64,000 nt of DNA, taken from the NCBI RefSeq assembly GCF_006345805.1, contig NC_043002.1:37076001-37140000 (forward strand). The letters run 5' to 3'. Below are positions 54,696-64,000 of the stretch, in pieces. The translations under genes and the position numbers were made by a program. The notes under the pieces were generated by a model. That model saw nothing but the letters and a program-made list of their open reading frames with translations, was not told where the DNA came from and made no database searches. Within the stretch, counting starts at the first letter, position 1; each line of letters starts with the position of its first letter. Origin of the DNA: Octopus sinensis (taxonomy: Eukaryota).

Positions 54696-55556
54696 CACAT
54701 ACACACACACATATATGTATATATATATGAGAGAGAAAAAGACATTGTTTTAACATCCAGTTTTCCATGGTTGCATAGGGTGGATAGAATTTGTTGAAGT
54801 AGACTTTCTAAGCCTGGGTACCCTTCCTGATAGCAAACTTCTTCTTTTGCCAAGTATGTTAATATTTCCTCAAAGCTCAATATGTTTCCATGCAGGATTT
54901 GAAAACAAACAACACTATTTATATTGTAATAATACTTGTTTATGCTTGCCTTTATTGAATTTACCATATTTCCCAGCATACAAATTGAATTATCCAAACC
55001 AAAATTTACATCCAAGAAAAAAAAAATGGTAGATTGACTTATACACCAAGATGACTTTGGAGAGCTAAAGATTCCATACGAAATCCAGAAGGATTTAGTA
55101 AGATAACGATGATATATGAATATATACATTACATGCTTACATTATATACTACATTGACTTGTATACTGAAGATATGGTACAAATGCAGTGATAGCAAACA
55201 TTTTGTGGTATACCAACAGTAAATTTTAAACATAGCTGGTACATCATTGTTTCATTTATGGCAATAGTGACTGTAAATATAATTTTCCAGTGGCAGTAAA
55301 ATATATGGCAACTGATAGGCGGTGAATACTCGAAGTAGCATTGTCCAGTTAGTCCATCTTTCACAGTTCTCAGAGAGATAGTATAAATATGATAGCATTC
55401 ATGTATACCTTTTGTATCTAGTAAAATAGTTAATTTACAAATGTAGCTTCAGTTAAAATCTTGGGGTATTTTAGCATGAAAAATAAATACTGCTGGCACA
55501 TTAGTTATATATATATATATACAAACGCACATATATATATATATATATATATATGT

Positions 55557-56193
55557 GTGGCGGCGCGATGGCCCAGTGGCTAGGGCAGCGGACTCGCGGT
55601 CGTAGGATCGCGGTTTCGAATCCCAGACCGGCCGTTGTGAGTGTTTTTGAGCAAAGACACCACGACACTCCAGCAGGGGGTGGTGATCCCTGCTGTACTC
55701 TTTCACCACACTTTCTCCCACTCTTTCTTCTGTTGGCCTGCTCGCTTATCCAGCGGGGTGGCGTCATTCGCAGGCTAAAACAATGCAAACGCATTGTGAC
55801 CAGTGATGTGTAACAACATCTGATGGTCTGGTCGGTCACGTGATCACGTGATATATATATATATACAAACATATATATATATATATATATAATATATGTG
55901 TGGCGGCGCGATGGCCCAGTGGCTAGGGCAGCGGACTCGCGGTCGTAGGATCGCGGTTTCGAATCCCAGACCGGCCGTTGTGAGTGTTTTTGAGCAAAGA
56001 CACCACGACACTCCAGCAGGGGGTGGTGATCCTGCTGTACTCTTTCACCACACTTTCTCCCACTCTTTCTTCTGTTGGCCTGCTCGCTTATCCAGCGGGG
56101 TGGCGTCATTCGCAGGCTAAAACAATGCAAACGCATTGTGACCAGTGATGTGTAACAACATCTGATGGTCTGGTCGGTCACGTGATCACGTGA
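55557..56193 (+). mobile_element. Two near-identical tandem copies of tRNA-derived SINE family D (55557-55851 and 55900-56193)
   Basis: tggcccagtggctagg (A box) and ggtttcgaatccc (B box); the copies differ by about one C indel. Confidence 0.9.
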
Positions 56194-57059
56194 TATATAT
56201 ATATATACAAACATATATATATATATATATATATTATATATGTGGAGGCACGTGACTTAGTAGTTATGGTGTCAGCATCATGATCATAAAATTGTGGTTT
56301 CGACGCATTGTGTTCTTGAGAAAAACATTTCATTTCATGTTGCTCCAGTCCACTCAGCTGGCAAAAATGTTTATTTTGAAGATGTTTATGTGTCATTTGA
56401 GGTAAATTTGAAAATTTGGTTACTTTTCCTTGAAGGTGAAATGATCACATATACACTCCTCTATTGACCCAATATCAAATCAATAATTTAGTTTTGTTTT
56501 TCTTCTGTGTGTGCTTAGTATAGCCAGCTAGACCAATAATTTGGGAAAATTATTCATAGTCTGTAGTCTGAAACTTTTCCAGAAATCACTATCTATCACA
56601 CACACCTTGAGACATAGACTACCCCCTATGGTATTATTTCTAACATTCTTCATTAACTCTCAAAAGATATGAAAATAAAAGAATCTTAAAGCTATAATTT
56701 GGGAATTTTTTATTATTGCTAATGAATTCCTGTGGCTTTAATAAACAAGACTACTAATTAAAAATATCTGTTTAAAACATGTGTATATGTATTGAATATG
56801 ATTGTAACTGAGATAGAGTATACAATAGTATTGGCAAAGAGAGCTCAAAAGATTTAGCAGTAAATAATTTTCTTTGAATAAGACAATAATTATATTTTGG
56901 ACGTTTTGGCTTGTAAAAATGGGAGTTAATAAGGTTACAGAAAAGGTATAGAAGGCTCATCTTGTATCTTTTGGTTTTTACTTGTTTTAATCATTACACT
57001 GCAGCCATACTGGAGCACCACCTTGATGGCTTATACAGAACAAATTAATTCTAGTAGTT

Positions 57060-57460
57060 CTTTTATTTGTTTCAGTCATTTGACTGTAGCCATGTTAGAG
57101 CATCACCTTAAAGGGTTTTAGGCAAAGAAATCGACGCCAGGACTTATTCTTTGTAAGCCTAGTACTTGTTCTATCGATCTATTTTGCCAAACCACTAAGT
57201 GACGGGGACATGAACACATCAACATCGGTTGTCAAGCAATGGTAGGGGACAAATACAAACACAAAAACAACACACATAAATACATATACATATATACGAA
57301 GGGCTTCTTTCAGTTTCCATCTACCAAATCCACTCACAAGGCTTTGGTCGACCCAGGACTGTAGTAGAAGACACTTGCCCGAAGTACCACACAGTGGGAC
57401 TGAACCCTGAACCATGTGGATGGGAAGCAAGCTTCTTACAACACAGCCACGTCTGCACCT
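57060..57460 (-). mobile_element. SINE family B, full length
   Basis: Reverse complement of 27231-27612. Confidence 0.85.
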
Positions 57461-57881
57461 AGTGGTTATTTATCTTTTTCATTTTGAGTTTGGGATTTAT
57501 TCTATCAGTCTCATTAGCTGAGCTGCTAAGTTACAAGGATATAAAAATAATTAACATCATTTGTCGAGTGATGATAGGGGACAAATGCAGACGCGCGCAC
57601 ACACACACACACACGCACACACACACACACAATGGTCTTCCGTACAGTTTCAATCTACCACATTCACTCACAGGGCATTGGCTAACTCCAGGACTATGTG
57701 AGAAGACACTGAATCTCAAAACCACATGGTTGCAATGTGAGCTTCTTAGACATACCACCATGCCAGCACCTAGATTAAAATCGATGTGGACTTAGCAACA
57801 TGATTACAATATTTGCTTTGCAACCATGTGGTTTTGGGTTTCCTTTATGTTTCATCTTGAGTGGAGGCACAAGGCTTAGTG

Positions 57882-58174
57882 CAGTGGCAGAGTGGCCAGG
57901 TTGCCAGCTTCCCTAATAGCAAGTGGGCCCCTGTGCCATTATAATTCATATATGGGGCCCCATGTTAGTATTGAAGGGGCCCATCCCCTCAAGTTTGAGA
58001 ATTTTTTATTCACTCTTGGAAGAATGCATTAATTATTTCAGCCTGGCTGTGTTTGTAGACAGTTAAAAAGAATACTTTTAACAAAAAAAAGAAAAATAAA
58101 TGATTGTATTGTAGTTGCGGGTGAGCCCCCTTAGTCTCCTGGCAACCAGTATTTTTAGACCCAGTCCACCACTG
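57882..58174. mobile_element. Non-autonomous hAT element inserted into a family E-type SINE head
   Basis: TIRs cagtggcagagtgg / ccagtccaccactg; 8-bp TSD gcttagtg / gtttagtg; the SINE resumes gttaggatgttgg. Confidence 0.8.
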
Positions 58175-60308
58175 GTTTAGTGGTTAGGATGTTGGACCCA
58201 TGATCATAAGATTGCAGTTTCAATGACTGGACTGGATGATGGGTTGTGTTCTTGAGCAAAACTCTTCATTTCATATTGCTCCAGTCCACTCAGCTGGCAA
58301 AAACGAGTAAACTGGTAATGAACCAGAATCCCATCCAGGTGCGGAATGTACACACTATGAAACCAGGAAACTGGTGCTTATGAGTCAGCATGACTCAAGA
58401 AGGTGATTTTACCGTTTACCTTTTTTATGGCATCTTTAGCAAGTGACTGCAGCCCTAGCCTCAGGTTGATTAATACCTTTTGCAGGACTGGCCTCCCATC
58501 ATCTCATTACAATTGTGCTATGGATACTGGGGCATTAAAATCCGGGTGCTGCAAGGATGGAACCAACAGCTCTTTCTTGACACTCCTCAAAATATGGCTC
58601 AAAAATTTTATAAACATTGGAGACAACCTTGGGTGGGGGGCAGAAAAACCCCAGAAGAGGCAAATACACAACTTGTCTCAGTCTATCAGTTTTCATGTCA
58701 TTATCATATCATATGATAATCATATAATTAACATATCATATAATTATCATATCATTATGATTTAGTTATTAATGCTTAGTGGTATTCTTAAAGGCTGTTG
58801 TTTTGTTTTTTTATTCTTTTACTCTTTCACTTGTCTCAGTCATTTGACTGTGGCTACAGTGGAGCACTGCCTTGAAGAATTTATAGTCAAACAAATCTAC
58901 TCCAGGACTTATTTCTTAAGCCTAGTACTTATTCTATTAGTCTTTTTTGCTGAACTGCAAATGTAAACACACAACACAAGTTGTCAAGCAATGATGGGGG
59001 TGGGGGAGGGCAAACACAGGCACAAAGACACACACACACACATATATATATATTTATACTATGGACTTCTTTCTTTTCCCTCCAGCGAATTCACACACTT
59101 TGGTCAGTCTGAGGCTACAGTAGAAGACACTTTCCCAAGGTACCATGCAGTGAGACTAAATCTGGAACCATGTGGTTGGAAAGCAAACTTCTTACCACAC
59201 AGCCATGCCTCCTCATATATTTTTCTTAGGGTGTTCACAAGTTATTATGGTTGTGTGTGTAGACAATGGTTGCACTAAAATTTGAGTTTCCAAATCTTAT
59301 AACAATTCTGCTTGTCATTGCTTTATTTAGCCCATTGGTAATGCTTTCACATTATTAGAGAAAAAGAGGGAGGGAGTAAAAGAGGGAGGGAGGAAAAGAG
59401 GGAGAGAAAAGTGTCCATGACATGGAATAGAGGAAATGTAATTATAATACTTTCATGTGATTAGTTGAAGGAGAAAGAAAAAGGAGAGAGAGAGAGAGGA
59501 TAAGGCCAAGAGTGAGACAGAAAGAAGGAGAGAGAGAGAGAGAGAGAGAAGACGGAGAGAAAGAGAGAGAGAGAGAAGCGTCCATGATGTGAGGTAGGGG
59601 GAATGTAATAATTTTAGCAGTGGCTTGATGTTCTGATAGTGAGGTTAAAGAAAGGTAGAGAAAGAGGGGAAAGAGAAAGAGACAGGAGGGAGAGAAAGAG
59701 GGGAGAGAGAGGGTCAGAGAGAGGCAGAGAGATGATAATGATGCTGGTGGTGGCAGTGATTGGAGAGCGAAAAGTGTATTTTTAAAAATATTGAACTAAG
59801 TTTTTTTTATATCACCTATCACTTAACGCATGTGCATAAGTGCAATTCCGTGAAATATTCACGTTTATTTACATGGCAGATATATGCAATTTAAGTAAAG
59901 GTTGTATATGCATGGGATTTTTTTATTTTTATGAGAAAAATGGAAAAATAAGAGTGAATATTTATGTTATGAGATTGTGCATAAAGTATATAAAGTGTAT
60001 ATATAAAGTGCATTAAGTAATCATTGTATTCCAATTTCTTTCACTTTTCAATGATTAGCAGATGTGTGACTATGTTTCCATACAGGCACAATACAAGCCA
60101 CGCTTTCAGGTTTTTTGGATAAAGTTTGCAGAAATAACCCAATAGGTTTACCATTAATTCTGTGAAATATTCATGGGTCCCACTAGCATTTTATAAACCT
60201 GCATTGTTATATGTACAAATCTACATTCTATAAGTTAATGGATCAGTGTTCAATGAATCTAGAAGTTAGGAATTTTCACTATACAACATGCTGGATACTG
60301 TAATAGAA

Positions 60309-60590
60309 CAGTGCTACTCAAAGTGGTGGTCTGTGGACCGGTGCCGGTCCACAAGCCATCAGCTGCTGGTACATGGCAAGTTTCTAGAAAAGAAAGCAAC
60401 ATTATAAAATGTTTATGTAATATTGTATTATTTGCTTACAAAATCAATATAAGATAAAAAAAATTGTCAACTTTTATTATATATATTGTTTCTGATATAA
60501 ATTAATATTACTACGAAATATTACCGGTTCCTGGCACATTGGGGAAAAAAAACTGCCAGTACACCACATCAGATAGTTTGAGAAGCACTG
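60309..60590. mobile_element. Non-autonomous hAT (Charlie-like) element
   Basis: TIRs cagtgctactcaaa / tttgagaagcactg; subterminal ggacc/ggtcc motifs; TSD degenerate. Confidence 0.75.
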
Positions 60591-62348
60591 GATTAAAACA
60601 TAAACATGTTACTCAGAAGTGGAAGTGAGGAGAAAGAGAACAGCTTGTTGAGACAAGTGATATAGAGTCCCAAAGATGGCTTGGTGGCTCTCTATTCCAT
60701 TAAATTAAGCAAGGTGAGAAAGATGAGAGACTATCATAATGGGTAAAAGCAATATGACTTGTGTAAATCTGGGATAGACCTGGCTAAAGTTGAATTCGTT
60801 CACCTATTAGTTACTATCAGCTTCAAACACTCTAAAATCTTTTGCCACATTGATTGGTGGGAAAACTAACATGCTTCCTTTGAAGATTGCTGTTCCAGCT
60901 ATAATATATCGGCCAATGTTGATTGGTTAAGTCATATTTGCATAGGCATTAATGCCTTTTATTGCAACACTTTTCCTTTAATGTAAATATATCAATTTGT
61001 GGTTCTAGACTGGGAAAATATGATAGTAATGGTTCAAATCTCAGCTGGGTTCTCACTACAAGCTCAACATCAGCCCTTATTAAGCCGAGCTATTATCAAA
61101 GAAATTAAAAGCATATTCATACCATTTTTGTTCAAGGCATAATGCATATAGAACTTGTCTTATGACAGTAAGGATACATTTAGCATTTGGATACTTTTTC
61201 TAGCATGCAAAATAACCACATGATGACCTGTTGCTCTTATATTCAGGAGTGAAAATCCGATGTTACAGTTCATGCAAATGTTCTAATTTGCAGAGACTAC
61301 TAAGCTACAATAGAATGTATGACTGAAGGAGATTCTTTATCGGGACTAAATCAATTTAATATAAAATTCTTTATCGGGACTAAATCAATTCAATATAAAA
61401 TCAATTCCTAACCCCACTACAAAAATAATGCAAAAAAAAAAAGAACCCAAATCAAAACAGAAATACAAAAGTATCAAGTCACTTGAAATTGAATTGATAC
61501 ATCTTAGACATGAGAAATTCAAAAATTATTAGTGTTTCAAGTTCTTTTAAGAGGTTTCACTTTTATGAACAAAAATTAACACTTGACACAATCTTTCACT
61601 GAAGTAAACTTCACTGGATTAGCTTGATGGAAGGCAGAATGGATACAGGCAAGGCTAAGTATGTGCATGTTGATTAGTCACGTTCAAGTAATTCACAGTA
61701 GTTGCCGATTTCATGTCCTTCTTCTGAACGAACATTGATTTCCTAGGCAGAGTAGAGGCACAGACAGGCATATGGCTCTGTGGTCATGAAGATTATTTCA
61801 TAATCATGTGGTTTTGGCCTCTTCATTCCTAGTGCACAGCAACTGCTTGGACAATGCTTTCTACTATAACTACTGGATGACCAATGCTTTATGGATGAAT
61901 GTGGTAGACAGAAACTGTGAAAACTCATCGCATACATAAATATTTGTATCTGTGTCTTTGTGTTTCTCCCTCTACCCTCACTTAACAATCAATGTTGGTT
62001 TGCTTAAATCCTTTGGATCTCTTCAGTTTGGCTCACAGAGTCTTAATTATATTTTTTTAACTAAACAGTTTAAAACTTCATATACTGGTGTTATTTCTCA
62101 TGCTGAACATGGTTTACTTTCAACATTTTGGATAAAATTTCATACTTCAGAAGTTATTTCGTGTTAAAGTTGTCATATTAGGTAATTTTAACCAATCAAC
62201 AACGTGTATTCAGCTGAAGAAACCTACTGCTGTTTGCAGTAGTAATCAAAGAGCAACAACTTCCAGGTCATCTCTGGCAAAAAGAAATTGTTAGAATAAT
62301 TTATCAGACACAGAATTAGTAGTGGAGATAATTATTTGACTAAATCCT

Positions 62349-62578
62349 TTAACTATTTCGATACCAACCCGGCTGAAATTGCCTCTGGCTCTGTAGTACA
62401 AATGTCTTGTTTTCATAAGTTTTGGATTAAAATCTTCCACCAAACCTTAGTCTGAATTTATGTTCTTAATACCAGCTTAATGATAACTAAGTTATTTTAC
62501 TAAATTCTTTGTTATATTGAAAATCAATTGAGGGAAACACGGAGCATTTCAAAACAAATATGGTTACAAAAGGGTTAA
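62349..62578. mobile_element. TTAA-flanked MITE (piggyBac-like ends)
   Basis: ttaactatttcgatacca ... tggttacaaaagggttaa. Confidence 0.6.
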
Positions 62579-62919
62579 AGCAGTCACTCAGCATGACTGC
62601 AGTCCAATGCCTAAAGTAACTAAAAGAATAAAGAAAAAAATGCACTGAGCAATACATTACAATTGCATCTGTGTTTGTTTTATTGACCCTGGAGAGATGG
62701 ATGAAAGGTGAAAATAGACCTTGGTGAGATTTGAATTCAGAACTACAGATTGAGAAATATGAAATTAAAATATTACAGTTGCAGGCATAGCTTTGCAGTT
62801 AAGAAGCTTGCTTTGTGACATTGAGTTCAGACCTATTGCATGGTTCCTTGACCAAGTGTCTTTTGCTATAGCCCCAGGCCAACTAATATTTTGAGAGTGA
62901 ACTTGGTAGACAGAAACCT

Positions 62920-63113
62920 TGTGTGTGTGTGTGTTTTTACATATTTTTTCCTCTGTTTTTTTTCATTCTCTCCATTTTTTCCTCTTAATCCTTTCTGTCA
63001 AAGAGCATAAGCTCAAAACATAAAAGACTCTTCCATTTTTCCTGAGTGTTAAGCTAATACACCCACTTGTTGTTCCTTTACTTGTGTTTGTCTTTTGTTT
63101 ACTGTAAATTTGA

Positions 63114-63149
<36 letters not shown>

Positions 63150-63773
63150 AGTGTCGCCGTTCTTGATTGGTCATTGTCTTTGGACTGGCAGTAGGTTTGC
63201 TGCAGTCAGGGATAATGAAACAATGGACAAGTGAGCATTCTTTAATGTTTTGTATGAATGTAAGAACGAGAGTTCTGTATGCTACTTTATTTTTTAAAAT
63301 GATAAAAACTATTTAAATACATCAATGCTTTTTAAAAATGTCTTTCAACTAAAGATTCTTAGTTTTCAACCTATAAAAATCAAATGGAAATTGTAGTTGT
63401 GATACCCGTGCTGGTGGCATGTAAAAAGCACCTACTACACTCTTGGAGTGGTTGGCATTAGGAAGGGCATCCAACTGTAGAAACATTGCCAGATCAGATT
63501 GGAGCCTGGTGTGGCCTCCTGGCTTGCCAGTTGCCATTCAAACCATCCAACCCATGCCAGCATGATGATGCTGCTGATATATGTGTGTGTGTGTTTTTAC
63601 ATATTTTTTCCTCTGTTTTTTTTCATTCTCTCCATTTTTTCCTCTTAATCCTTTCTGTCAAAGAGCATAAGCTCAAAACATAAAAGACTCTTCCATTTTT
63701 CCTGAGTGTTAAGCTAATACACCCACTTGTTGTTCCTTTACTTGTGTTTGTCTTTTGTTTACTGTAAATTTGA

Positions 63774-63811
<38 letters not shown>

Positions 63812-64000
63812 AGTGTCGCCGTTCTTGATTGGTCATTGTCTTTGGACTGGCAGTAGGTTTGCTGCAGTCAGGGATAATGAAACAATGGACAAGTGAGCAT
63901 TCTTTAATGTTTTGTATGAATGTAAGAACGAGAGTTCTGTATGCTACTTTATTTTTTAAAATGATAAAAACTATTTAAATACATCAATGCTTTTTAAAAA
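62920..64000. repeat. Direct duplication with ~660-bp offset, running off the window end
   Basis: 62920-63338 is repeated at 63582-64000, apparently identical apart from the (TA)n count. Confidence 0.9.

Noticed and set aside
54960-54985. MLGN motif suggesting the IS4-S5 linker
   Set aside because: The flanks do not match Cav3, and the same tttaccatatttcccagca string recurs at ~27884, indicating a repeat end.
55557-55630. Functional tRNA genes at SINE heads
   Set aside because: A and B boxes are present, but each continues into a repeated SINE body without a proper acceptor stem or terminator.
61333-61400. 34-bp direct tandem duplication
   Set aside because: An ordinary local slippage duplication with no further structure.

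Overview
AT-rich eukaryotic genomic DNA, most likely from an octopus or other coleoid cephalopod. This is inferred from the dense (TA)n/(CA)n/(GAT)n microsatellites and several very abundant tRNA-derived SINE families. The whole window lies inside one large minus-strand gene for a T-type voltage-gated calcium channel (Cav3; CACNA1G/H/I orthologue). Three exons with clean AG/GT boundaries and matching phases are visible: the domain I turret (38580-38862), the domain I pore loop (32036-32128) and IS6 plus gating brake plus I-II linker (6883-7741). The rest is intron, filled with at least five SINE families (labelled A-E here, my own labels), a Penelope-like retroelement with an inverted arm, a decayed RLE-type LINE, Tc1/mariner, hAT, TTAA-flanked and Helitron-type elements, two 5S rRNA-derived copies and hammerhead-like motifs. 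Nearly all ORFs in the supplied track are microsatellite or SINE artefacts. The best leads are: a 5S rRNA head fused to the 3' stem-loop tail of a tRNA-SINE (candidate 5S-derived SINE); a ~340-bp fold-back with a hammerhead core in each arm; a Ser(AGC) next to the selectivity-filter Glu that is one A-to-I edit from the usual Gly, with candidate complementary intronic segments nearby; an in-phase internal donor defining an optional 208-aa exon-8b-like segment; and TSD-flanked SINE dimers. All comparisons were made by eye, and repeat boundaries are approximate.
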